Shown piece by piece: positions 24,523 to 32,503 of a DNA stretch of 64,000 nt. The stretch covers positions 28,855 to 92,854 of the forward strand of contig PLYM01000056.1 of NCBI GenBank assembly GCA_003153375.1, given 5' to 3'. Origin of the DNA: Planctomycetaceae bacterium. GTDB taxonomy: Bacteria; Planctomycetota; Planctomycetia; Pirellulales; PALSA-1355. The position numbers and the translations under genes are program-made. How positions within the stretch are numbered: position 1 is the first letter of the stretch; every line of letters starts with the position of its first letter. Below the pieces are notes generated by a model. It saw only the letters and a list, made by a program, of their open reading frames with translations, was not told the origin of the DNA and did not search any database.

Positions 24523-26025
24523 ATGACGCAGTTGGATCGTCGAGAATTCGTCAAGCTTTCGCTGGCCAGCGGTGGCGCGCTCATGGCGCCTTCGGCACTG
24601 ACCTCGTGGCTGGGCCATCGTGCCCAGGCCGCGCCCGCGCCGCGCGCCGGGCGGCTGCCGGCCAAGGCCGACTCGGTGATCATGATCTGGCTGCCCGGCG
24701 GTGTTGCGCAAACCGACACTTGGGATCCGAAAACACACACGCCGTTCACGCCCGGCATGAAAGGGAGCGAGCTGCTGGGCACCTGTCCCTCGATTTCCAC
24801 GTCGGTCGACGGACTGCGGCTGGGCGAAGGTTTGGAGAACATGGCCCAGGTGATGCACCACGGCACGGTGCTGCGCAGCCTGACGAACGAGACCAAGTTT
24901 GGCGCGGTGCACCTGAAGGCGCAGTACTACATGATGACCGGCTATTTGTTTCCGGTCGGGCTCAAGGCCCCCAGCCTGGGCGCCGCCGTGGGCCGCACGT
25001 TGGGCGCGCGACAGGAAAACGTGCCGCCATACATTTACATCGGCCGCGACATCGACACCAGCGACACCGAGAAGCAATTCATCAGCGAGTCGATCGGACC
25101 GGGCTTTTATGGCGTGAAGTATGCCCCGTTCATGATTCCCGATCCGACCCAGGGCCTGGCCACGCTGGCGGCGGCGTCGGGAATGACCACCGAGGGCATC
25201 GATCGGCGGCTCGAATACTGGAAGACCGTGGGCAAGCTGGCCGCGCCGCAGTTGCGCGAATCGCCCAAGGCCGAGGATTATGTGAAGATCATGGAGTCGG
25301 CCCGCGCGATGATGGATTCGCCGGTCAAACGGGCCTTCGACTTTGCCAAGGAGGAAAAGCCCGAGACGCTCGAGGCTTATGAGCCAAAGATTCTGCACGG
25401 CGAGTTGCAAGACAAGTCCTACTTTTACGGCCGACGTTTTGGCCATGGCCTGCTGCTGGCGCGACGGCTGGTGGAACGCGGCGCGCGGTTCGTGCAGGTC
25501 GAATATCAATACGGTCCGTTCCGCGGCTTCGACATGCACGAGAACGGCCAGTCGCGGATGGTGGAAATGAAGAAGCAGATCGACGGGCCGATCGCGCAGT
25601 TGATTCGCGACCTGGCCGATCGAGGCCTGCTCGAGCGCACGCTGGTCGTGGTGGCCACCGAGTTCGGCCGCACCATCGCGAATCAGCCCAAGGCCGGCGT
25701 CGAACCGATCGGGTTCGCCGAGCAGCAATCGGGCGAAAAGCTGATCATCGAAGACGAGAAAATGTATGGCTTCCACGGCCACTTCAGCAGCGCCAACACG
25801 CTGTTGTTCTTCGGCGGCGGCTTCAAGCCGGGGCTGGTTTATGGCCGCACGGCCGAGCGCCATCCGATGGTGCCGATCGAAAACCCCGTGGCCCTGACCG
25901 ACGTTCACGCCACGATCTACAAGACCCTCGGCATTCCGGCCGACACCGCCTACGTCACCGAAGGCCGGCCGTTCTATGTGACCAAGGACGGCAAAGGCAA
26001 GGCGATCGACGCGCTGTTGGCGTAG
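24523..26025 (+). CDS. DUF1501 domain-containing protein (sulfatase-fold, Tat-signal), partner of the preceding gene
   Basis: ORF 24451..26025 trimmed to ATG 24523: MTQLDRREFVKLSLASGGALMAPSAL (Tat-like). Also IMIWLPGGVAQTDTWDPK, EFGRT and the typical DUF1501 C-terminus DVHATIYKTLGI. Confidence 0.85.
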   Translation: MTQLDRREFVKLSLASGGALMAPSALTSWLGHRAQAAPAPRAGRLPAKADSVIMIWLPGGVAQTDTWDPKTHTPFTPGMKGSELLGTCPSISTSVDGLRLGEGLENMAQVMHHGTVLRSLTNETKFGAVHLKAQYYMMTGYLFPVGLKAPSLGAAVGRTLGARQENVPPYIYIGRDIDTSDTEKQFISESIGPGFYGVKYAPFMIPDPTQGLATLAAASGMTTEGIDRRLEYWKTVGKLAAPQLRESPKAEDYVKIMESARAMMDSPVKRAFDFAKEEKPETLEAYEPKILHGELQDKSYFYGRRFGHGLLLARRLVERGARFVQVEYQYGPFRGFDMHENGQSRMVEMKKQIDGPIAQLIRDLADRGLLERTLVVVATEFGRTIANQPKAGVEPIGFAEQQSGEKLIIEDEKMYGFHGHFSSANTLLFFGGGFKPGLVYGRTAERHPMVPIENPVALTDVHATIYKTLGIPADTAYVTEGRPFYVTKDGKGKAIDALLA

Positions 26026-26046
26026 GCCGAATTGATGGTCGGCCCC

Positions 26047-26209
26047 TTCTTCACGAGCCCGCAGCTCCAGCAAGGGATTGCGACCAATGTTGGCCCGTCA
26101 TTTCCTTACTAGCCCGCAGCGCGAGCAAGGGATTGCCCGCGATGCCGACGCCATGCCGCCAGTGCGAGGTTATGTCCGGCGTCCCTTGCTTGCGCTGCGG
26201 GTTAGTGGA
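26047..26209. repeat. REP-like intergenic element: three copies (two direct, one inverted) of an about 30-nt motif
   Basis: Copy 1 (26047-26085): ttcttcacgagcccgcagctccagcaagggattgcgacc. Copy 2 (26102-26140): ttccttactagcccgcagcgcgagcaagggattgcccgc. Copy 3 (26181-26209) is inverted: gtcccttgcttgcgctgcgggttagtgga. Copies 2 and 3 can pair over about 25 bp (26107-26131 with 26183-26207, three G.U pairs) around a 51-nt loop. The element lies between convergent genes ending at 26025 and 26242. Confidence 0.6.
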
Positions 26210-26241
26210 TGCGCGCGGCACGTGGTGATGCGACGGCGCGC

Positions 26242-26589
26242 TCACTTGCCGCACTGATACTTCACCGATAGCGGCCAACAGCAGATCTTGGGCAGCGGCT
26301 TGCGGCAGTAATCGTTCGGGCAACAGGCGCACGGATAGCGAGGGCAGGGGAGCGGCTTGCGGCAATAGTCGTTCGGACAGCACGCCGAAGGATAGCACGG
26401 GCAAGGCATCGGCTTGCTGCAATAATCGTTCGGGCAGCACAACGTGCGATTGTGGCACGGGTCGGTGCAGATGCACTTCATATAGCCATCGCAGGCCGTG
26501 GCCGCGCGGCAGCCAAGCAGCAGCGCCAGCGCCGCGCACAGCCCCGCGCGGGCCAACCGCCGCCGAACATTTTGTGGCATCGCGACCAT
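26242..26589 (-). CDS. Small secreted cysteine/proline-rich repeat protein (possible lipoprotein)
   Basis: ORF 26242..26619 begins with TTG; I prefer ATG 26589 (alternative ATG 26580): MVAMPQNVRRRLARAGLCAALALLLGC (signal peptide, LLGC lipobox-like). It then reads RAATACDGYMKCICTDPCHNRTL + CCPNDYCSKPMPCPCYPSA + CCPNDYCRKPLPCPRYPCA + CCPNDYCRKPLPKICCWPLSVKYQCGK. The predicted mature part has 21 Cys in 89 residues. The 57-nt repeat is visible in the DNA at 26285-26440. Confidence 0.65.
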   Translation of the reverse strand: MVAMPQNVRRRLARAGLCAALALLLGCRAATACDGYMKCICTDPCHNRTLCCPNDYCSKPMPCPCYPSACCPNDYCRKPLPCPRYPCACCPNDYCRKPLPKICCWPLSVKYQCGK

Positions 26590-26822
26590 GCGCACCCTGC
26601 AAGTGGCTCGAACGAACAACAGCTCGATCCCAGTTCCGGTGGAATAGCCAGTTCCAGTGAGATAGATCGTCGAGACGACCCAACCGTGTGCGAGGAAAAG
26701 CCAGCGTTCGGCATCAGCCAGCGCATCTTACGGAGTCGGGGCGGCACCTGCCGGAATAATCGTGCCAGTTTGCCATCCGGCAACGGGTGGCGTCGCCGCC
26801 TCTCTGATCCATGAAACAAGAC

Positions 26823-26849
26823 GAGCCGCGGGGCGCTAACCCGCGGCTC
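26823..26849 (-). terminator. Intrinsic-terminator-like hairpin downstream of the 26879..28147 gene
   Basis: gagccgcggg (26823-26832), a 7-nt loop, then cccgcggctc (26840-26849): a perfect 10-bp GC-rich stem. On the minus strand it lies 30 nt after the stop and is followed by GUCUUGUUUCAU. Confidence 0.5.
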
Positions 26850-26878
26850 TTGAAGTTGCGAACCGATTCATCGGCGAA

Positions 26879-28147
26879 CTACTTCCCGAAGCCTGCGGAG
26901 TGGACGCTGCCGCCCATTCCTCCACCCATGCCAACACCCATGGCCGCGGCTCTTCGAGCTGAGCGAACGTCGCCGCGATCGTGCAGTGAGAACGCGAGCA
27001 CCTCGTCGGTGTCGGCCAGCGTGGTCAACTCTCCGTGGTTGTCCTCGGCCGCTTCGCTTTGAGCGGTTTGCACGCGTTCGAGGAATTCTTCGGCGTCGGC
27101 GAGCGAGCATTCTTCCACCTCTGCATCGGCGTCGGCGGCCGCTACGGCATCGAGCGCGTAGCTTTTGAGCAACTTGGGCCACAGCTTGCGAAACAGGGGC
27201 GTCGACTCAAAGATGTCGACCACCTCGATCTTGCCGTTAATGGCCATGATCGCCCCGACCACGCGTGGGCTGGCCGTGACTTGCTCGTTTAATGCCTCGA
27301 GATAAGGCTTGAGCTTGTCGACCACTTGCGGCTCGACGTAGTTGGCCGTGAAGGCGTCGGAATCGCTGTCCGCGCCCGAGCGGCTGTTGAGCTGGGCCAC
27401 GACCTCCCACACTTGCCGCTGGCCCTTGCCTTCCTGCAGCGTCAAACGGGCGGCCTTGTTCAACGTCGCTCCACTCTGCGGAAATCGACCGGCCTTGGCT
27501 TTGTCAGTCAATTCATTGACGTTGAGCACAGCCGGCCCTCTGAAGGCCGCCAGAGCGTTGCTCACCCGAGCAACTTGCGGCAGCTCTCGATGAGCCCAGC
27601 GTCCTTGCTCGACGCAGAACACGTCGATCGGCATCCGCCTGGTACGCGGCGGCACGATCAATTCCTTGGCCAGCGTGCGATCCTGCTGTCCGCCGACCAG
27701 GATCTCACCGTTCATCAGATAGAGGGGCTGAGTCGAGCGATTGCTCACCAGCAATCGGTTGACGTCGGCACCATCCTGGAACGGATCCTCGCTCGAAGGC
27801 GGAGGCGGCGTGGGCAGCTGGTGCGAAGAGCACGGATCGGGGAAGAGCGACTTGTCGTCGGCCGGGCTAGGCAAGCTGCCCAGTTCCACGATCTCGACGG
27901 TGCCGGCTGCCAAACCTTCGTCGAGCGTGATGAAGCGGTCCTGATCTTTGAGCCGCTCGGAGGACACCAAAAAGATCGTGAGGTTGCCGTGCGTGAGGGG
28001 CTGGCTGACGATCAGCTTGCCGCCGTCATCACGGGACGCGCCGCCTCCTTTCAGATAATCAAAACGCCAGGAGCGCTCCACGGCCGCCAGCAACACCACG
28101 GCGGCGAGCAACACCAAACCTGACCAGCCCCAATTGTCCCTGCGCAT
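26879..28147 (-). CDS. Membrane-anchored hypothetical protein, possibly DUF6569/ARPP-1-like
   Basis: 422 aa with an N-terminal anchor WSGLVLLAAVVLLAAV. The segments VSQPLTHGNLTIFLV, FITLDEGLAAGTVEIVELGS, VNRLLVSNRSTQPLYLMNGEILVGGQQDRTLAKELIVPPRTRRMPIDVFCVEQGRW match my recollection of the DUF6569 N-terminal module. The family name is from memory and not verified. The C-terminal tail is Gly/Met-rich (MGVGMGGGMGG). Confidence 0.7.
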   Translation of the reverse strand: MRRDNWGWSGLVLLAAVVLLAAVERSWRFDYLKGGGASRDDGGKLIVSQPLTHGNLTIFLVSSERLKDQDRFITLDEGLAAGTVEIVELGSLPSPADDKSLFPDPCSSHQLPTPPPPSSEDPFQDGADVNRLLVSNRSTQPLYLMNGEILVGGQQDRTLAKELIVPPRTRRMPIDVFCVEQGRWAHRELPQVARVSNALAAFRGPAVLNVNELTDKAKAGRFPQSGATLNKAARLTLQEGKGQRQVWEVVAQLNSRSGADSDSDAFTANYVEPQVVDKLKPYLEALNEQVTASPRVVGAIMAINGKIEVVDIFESTPLFRKLWPKLLKSYALDAVAAADADAEVEECSLADAEEFLERVQTAQSEAAEDNHGELTTLADTDEVLAFSLHDRGDVRSARRAAAMGVGMGGGMGGSVHSAGFGK

Positions 28148-28521
28148 AACAACCCCCCTCCATTCCTGTGCAGCTTACGAAGCTGCGGCCTCTGAAAAGC
28201 GGGACGGCACACAACCGTCACGCGCGAAGGTCGTCGTCTCACGCCGAAAAGATGCGAACTTGAATCGCAAGAAAAGCAAGTTAGATGGGATTTGTAGAGG
28301 CCCGAGGCAAGGCCTATGGCGCAATATACTGCTGATGCTCAAAAAAGGTCAACGAAATTGCGCCCTCGCGCCATAGCCCCAAAATGCGGCCAAAACCAGG
28401 GGCGGCGCAGCGAGCGGAATTCCTTGCCGCCGCCGCGCGAAGTCGTCTATTCTTGGAGGGCACTTTCCGAACGAATGCCGGCTTTCAACGGACATTGAAC
28501 CTGACCCCTGCTAAACCCACC

Positions 28522-29895
28522 ATGACACGAATAACTCTGCTGGCATGTTGCGGACTGCTGCTATTGGCCGCGCTGGCCCAGGCCGCCGACGCGCCGCGGC
28601 CCAACGTGCTGATGATCGCGGTCGACGACTTGAACCACTGGGTCGGCTATCTGGGCCGCAATCGGCAGACACTGACGCCCAACATCGATCGGCTGGCGGC
28701 GCGCGGGGTGCGTTTCTCGCGCAGCTATTGCGCGGCGCCGGTTTGCAACCCGTCGCGCGCGGCGCTGCTCTCGGGGCTGCGTCCGGCCACCACGGGCGCC
28801 TACGACAACCGCGACGATTGGCGAACCGTCGTGCCACCCGAACTGACGCTGATCACCACGTTTCGCCAGGCCGGCTACTACGTCGCCGGCGCGGGCAAGA
28901 TCTATCACGGCGGATTGGATCGACGTAGCGAGTGGGAAGACTATCTCAAACGCGAAGGGACGGACCCCAAGCCCTCGGGCAGCACGGGCGTTGGCGGCAT
29001 CAAGTTCGCGCCGCTCGATTGCCTGGACGACGACCTGCGAGAGGCCCGCATCGTGGGCTATGGCATCAAACAATTGCAGCGCCGCCACGAGCGGCCGTTC
29101 TTTCTGACCATCGGACTGCACAAGCCGCACATGCCTTGGAACGTGCCGCAGAAATATTTCGACATGCACCCGCTCGACGCGATCGAGCTGCCGCCGACCA
29201 AGACCGACGATCTGGCCGACGTGCCGCGGGCCGGCGTGCGGATGGCCGATCCGACGGGCGATCACGCCACGATGCTCGCCTCGGGACGCTGGAAGGAAGC
29301 CGTGCAAGCCTACCTGGCCGCCGTGTCGTATGCCGACGCGATGATCGGTCGCTTACTCGACGCGCTCGACAAGAGCAACTATCGCGACAACACGATCGTC
29401 GTATTGTGGGGCGACCACGGCTGGCACCTGGGCGAGAAGGAGCACTGGCGCAAGTTCGCGCTGTGGGAAGAAGCCACCCGCGCGCCGCTGATCTGGGTCG
29501 TTCCGGGCCTCACCAAATCGAATTCCCTGTGCGAGCGCACGGTCGACTTCATGACCATCTATCCCACGCTCTGCGACCTGGCCGGCATTCCGATTCCCAG
29601 CCATGTCGAGGGCCGGAGCATTCGCGCGCTGCTGGCCGATCCCAAAGCCCGGTGGGACACGCCCGCCATGACGACCTACAAGTTCAATAACCACGCCGTG
29701 CGCAGCGAAGGCTGGCGCTACATCCGCTATGCCGACGGCGGCGAAGAACTGTACGACGAGGCGCAAGACCCCTACGAGTGGACCAACCTGGCAGCCAAGC
29801 CCGAACTGGCCAGCAAGAAATCGGAGCTGTCCCAGCTCATGCCCAGCAAGAACACCGCACCCATCGAAGGCAAACGCGGCAAACGGGACGAATGA
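28522..29895 (+). CDS. Secreted sulfatase (formylglycine-dependent, iduronate-2-sulfatase/arylsulfatase-like)
   Basis: ORF 28384..29895 trimmed to ATG 28522 (MTRITLLACCGLLLLAALAQA signal). PNVLMIAVDDL is the metal site. CAAPVCNPSRAALLSG contains the C-x-P-x-R FGly motif (CNPSR). GKIYHGG, LHKPHMPW and VLWGDHGWHLGE are also present. Confidence 0.9.
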   Translation: MTRITLLACCGLLLLAALAQAADAPRPNVLMIAVDDLNHWVGYLGRNRQTLTPNIDRLAARGVRFSRSYCAAPVCNPSRAALLSGLRPATTGAYDNRDDWRTVVPPELTLITTFRQAGYYVAGAGKIYHGGLDRRSEWEDYLKREGTDPKPSGSTGVGGIKFAPLDCLDDDLREARIVGYGIKQLQRRHERPFFLTIGLHKPHMPWNVPQKYFDMHPLDAIELPPTKTDDLADVPRAGVRMADPTGDHATMLASGRWKEAVQAYLAAVSYADAMIGRLLDALDKSNYRDNTIVVLWGDHGWHLGEKEHWRKFALWEEATRAPLIWVVPGLTKSNSLCERTVDFMTIYPTLCDLAGIPIPSHVEGRSIRALLADPKARWDTPAMTTYKFNNHAVRSEGWRYIRYADGGEELYDEAQDPYEWTNLAAKPELASKKSELSQLMPSKNTAPIEGKRGKRDE

Positions 29896-29938
29896 TGGCT
29901 CCTAATCTGCGAGGGGCGGGGGGCGCCGTGCCGCCATT

Positions 29939-29980
29939 TTCATCGTTCATCCTTCATCCTTCCGCCTTCATCCTTCTCCC
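29939..29980. repeat. Degenerate 7-nt tandem repeat (ttcatcc)x6 between convergent genes
   Basis: ttcatcg ttcatcc ttcatcc ttccgcc ttcatcc ttctccc, ending 1 nt before the ilvB stop codon (29982-29984) and 44 nt after the sulfatase stop. Confidence 0.7.
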
Positions 29981-29981
29981 C

Positions 29982-31775
29982 TCACTCCTTGATCAAATCC
30001 TTGACCGTCATGCCGGCGGGGATCATCGGCAGCACGTGCTCTTGATAGGGGACTTCGACGTCGAGCACGTAGGGGCCTTTGGAGTTGATCATTTCCTTCA
30101 GCGCGTCATCCAGCTCCGACTTCTCTTTCACATAGCGGCCGCCGGCGCCGAAGCCCTTGGCGATCGTGACGAAGTCGGGATAGCGGCTGGCCGGATTGTC
30201 GACCGTGCCCTGGCCGATGGCTTCGGGATTGTCGATCGGGCCGAGATAGGTGTGGGCTCGGTTGCCTTCGTGAAAACGATCCTCCCACTGCACCACCATG
30301 CCCAGGTGCTGGTTGTTCAAGAGCAGCACCTTGACTGGCAGTTTTTCGCAGAAGCAGGTGGCCAGTTCCTGGATGTTCATCAGGAAGCTGCCGTCGCCGT
30401 CGATGTCGACCACCAGCTTGTCGGGATGCGCGATCTTGGCACCCATGGCAGCCGGCAGGCCGAAACCCATCGTGCCCAGGCCAGAGCTCGAGCACCAGGT
30501 TTGCGGCTCCTTGAGCTTGTAGTGTTGAGCGGCCCACATCTGGTGTTGGCCCACGCCCACGGTGATGATCGTGTCGCGATCTTTCGTCAGTTCCCACAAG
30601 CGGTGGATTGCATACTGCGACGAGATCGAGCGGTCGTTCTTGCCGAACTTGAAAGGATCGCTCTTCTTCCAGGCCGCGATCTGGGCGTGCCAGGCGCTCA
30701 AGTCCTCGGGCGCCTCGACCACCTTGTTCAATTCGGCCAGCGCGTACTTGATGTCGCTGACGATCGGGATGTGGGCTTCTTTGTTCTTGTTGATTTCCGA
30801 GGGGTCGATGTCGATGTGCACGATCTTGCCGTGCTTGGCGAACTCCGACACCTTGCCGGTCACGCGATCGTCGAAGCGAACGCCAAAGGCCAGCAGCAGA
30901 TCGGCCTGATCGACGGCATAGTTGGCATAGACGCTGCCGTGCATGCCCAGCATCTCGAGCGACAACGGATCGTCGCCCGGATAAGCGCCCAGGCCCATCA
31001 GGGTCATGGCCACCGGAATCTTGGTGCGCCGCACCAGCTCGCGCAGCTCGGCGCTGGCGCCGCCCAGGGCCACGCCGCCGCCGGAATAGATCACCGGCCG
31101 GCGCGAGCGCTTGATGGCGGCGGCAACCTGCGCGATTTGTTCGGGCTTGGCTTTGCGATCCTCGACGTGATAGCCGGGCAGGTTCATCGGCGCGTCGTAG
31201 TCGGGCACGATCGTCGCTTGCTGCACGTCCTTGGGCACGTCGACCAGCACTGGGCCGGGTCGACCCGTGGTGGCGATGTGAAAAGCCTCACGCATCACGC
31301 GGGCCACGTCCTTGACGTCGGTGATCAGGTAATGATGTTTCGTGATGCCGCGGCAAACCTCGACGATCGGCGTTTCCTGAAAGGCGTCGGTGCCGATGAC
31401 GGCCGTCTTGACCTGGCCCGTGATGGCGATCAGCGGAATGCTGTCGAGCTTGGCGTCGGCGATGCACGTGACCAGGTTCGTGGCGCCGGGGCCGCTGGTG
31501 GCCATGCAGACTCCCGGCTTGCCGGTGGTGCGGGCGTAGCCCTGGGCCGCGAAACCGCCGCCTTGCTCATGGCGCGGCAGCACCGTGCGCAGGCGGTCCT
31601 TGTAGCGCGTGAGCGACTGGTGCAGGGGCATGCTCGCGCCGCCGGGATAGGCAAACACGACGTCGACACCGTGGTTCAGCAGCGATTCCACGAGAATGTC
31701 GGCGCCGCTCTGCATCTGCTGACCGGTTCGCTTGCTGGTCGACGTCGCCACGATTTGCACTCCGGAAAAGATCAA
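29982..31775 (-). CDS. ilvB: Acetolactate synthase large subunit, biosynthetic type (ThDP/FAD enzyme)
   Basis: 597 aa with [29 protein letters not shown], the ThDP motif [16 protein letters not shown]...[17 protein letters not shown] and the C-terminal [20 protein letters not shown]. The start could be the internal ATG 31715 (MQSGADIL). The 728-aa + strand ORF 29778..31964 is its antisense shadow. No small-subunit gene is adjacent. Confidence 0.9.
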   Translation of the reverse strand: MIFSGVQIVATSTSKRTGQQMQSGADILVESLLNHGVDVVFAYPGGASMPLHQSLTRYKDRLRTVLPRHEQGGGFAAQGYARTTGKPGVCMATSGPGATNLVTCIADAKLDSIPLIAITGQVKTAVIGTDAFQETPIVEVCRGITKHHYLITDVKDVARVMREAFHIATTGRPGPVLVDVPKDVQQATIVPDYDAPMNLPGYHVEDRKAKPEQIAQVAAAIKRSRRPVIYSGGGVALGGASAELRELVRRTKIPVAMTLMGLGAYPGDDPLSLEMLGMHGSVYANYAVDQADLLLAFGVRFDDRVTGKVSEFAKHGKIVHIDIDPSEINKNKEAHIPIVSDIKYALAELNKVVEAPEDLSAWHAQIAAWKKSDPFKFGKNDRSISSQYAIHRLWELTKDRDTIITVGVGQHQMWAAQHYKLKEPQTWCSSSGLGTMGFGLPAAMGAKIAHPDKLVVDIDGDGSFLMNIQELATCFCEKLPVKVLLLNNQHLGMVVQWEDRFHEGNRAHTYLGPIDNPEAIGQGTVDNPASRYPDFVTIAKGFGAGGRYVKEKSELDDALKEMINSKGPYVLDVEVPYQEHVLPMIPAGMTVKDLIKE

Positions 31776-31960
31776 AAACCAATACCCGACACCAATTTAT
31801 GCAAAGAACCTAGCATACTTGGCTCGGCACGAGGTGACAAACATTTTGATGATTCAAACCGCCCTGGCGGCGCAGGCGCGAGCGGTGCTACGGGCGTTTT
31901 TTCCGCTGGTCTGATGGACCGGCGCTACGGCCGAGCGGCGAACTGCAGACTTGGCACCGC

Positions 31961-32059
31961 TTAGGTGCGGATGTCTTTGCGCTTCAGACGGCGGGCCTTG
32001 CTGTTGGCGGGCCGCTTGCCGTGATTGGCTTTCTTCAACTTACGATGGGGCTTGGCCAT
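31961..32059 (-). CDS. Very basic 32-aa peptide (candidate small ribosome- or nucleic-acid-associated protein), below the ORF-track cut-off
   Basis: Hand translation from ATG 32059 to TAA 31963-31961 gives MAKPHRKLKKANHGKRPANSKARRLKRKDIRT. It has 14 K/R in 32 residues. 26 of 32 codons end in G/C, as in the real genes of this window. No obvious SD, which is common here. Confidence 0.4.
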   Translation of the reverse strand: MAKPHRKLKKANHGKRPANSKARRLKRKDIRT

Positions 32060-32218
32060 TGTTTAGGGATGAGGGGTTAGGTGCTAGGGGTTGGCCGCAG
32101 GACCGCGCCCCGTGATTTGGGATATACGACACGTGGCGACCGTTCAAGGATCGCGCAATCCCATACAGTACCATTCCGCCCGGGGGTTGGGGAGGGGAAA
32201 ATGGGCAGACTTGCCCCA

Positions 32219-32503
32219 TTATGGGCCGGTCCGCTTCCACTCATCGATAAGCCTCTCGACGCATGCCTGCAAATCACTCATCTCGGGCGGCGGCAACTGC
32301 AACACGCCAACCTCGGTATCCGCCAAATAGGCGGCAATCTGCTCTTTGCTCAAATCCATTGAAAGAAAGCAATAAAAATAAATGCGCACAGCAAGTTCGT
32401 CGTACTTCTCGGCAACCGCGGGAACTGTGCCGAACGGATCCCAACGATCCATCAGGATACGCCGCACGGCTTGCAGTCGCGGTTCGGATATTCGAATCAG
32501 CAT
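32219..32503 (-). CDS. Hypothetical small protein (94 aa) in a locally lower-GC patch
   Basis: MLIRISEPRLQAVRRILMDRWDPFGTVPAVAEKYDELAVRIYFYCFL...LIDEWKRTGP. The W-D-P-x-G ... (E/K)-Y-D arrangement reminds me of small DUF1871/immunity-type domains (memory only). The DNA of this ORF and its flanks (about 32040-32520) is visibly more AT-rich than the neighbours. Confidence 0.5.
   Translation of the reverse strand: MLIRISEPRLQAVRRILMDRWDPFGTVPAVAEKYDELAVRIYFYCFLSMDLSKEQIAAYLADTEVGVLQLPPPEMSDLQACVERLIDEWKRTGP

Noticed and set aside
26285-26440. 57-nt tandem repeats, considered as a possible CRISPR-like or non-coding array
   Set aside because: The repeats are contiguous with no spacers and in frame. 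They encode the CCPNDYC.KP.P units of a signal-peptide-bearing ORF, so they are coding repeats and not CRISPR.
28310-28375. Imperfect inverted repeat ctatggcgcaat ... aattgcgcc-ctc-gcgccatag in the AT-richer divergent intergenic region upstream of the sulfatase gene
   Set aside because: The arms are short and interrupted, I recognise no matching regulator motif, and there is no second copy. It could be an operator, but the evidence is too thin to call.
29778-31964. 728-aa + strand ORF
   Set aside because: It is the exact antisense of the unmistakable ilvB gene. Its composition (R/G/A/H/D-rich, repetitive) is typical of a shadow ORF.
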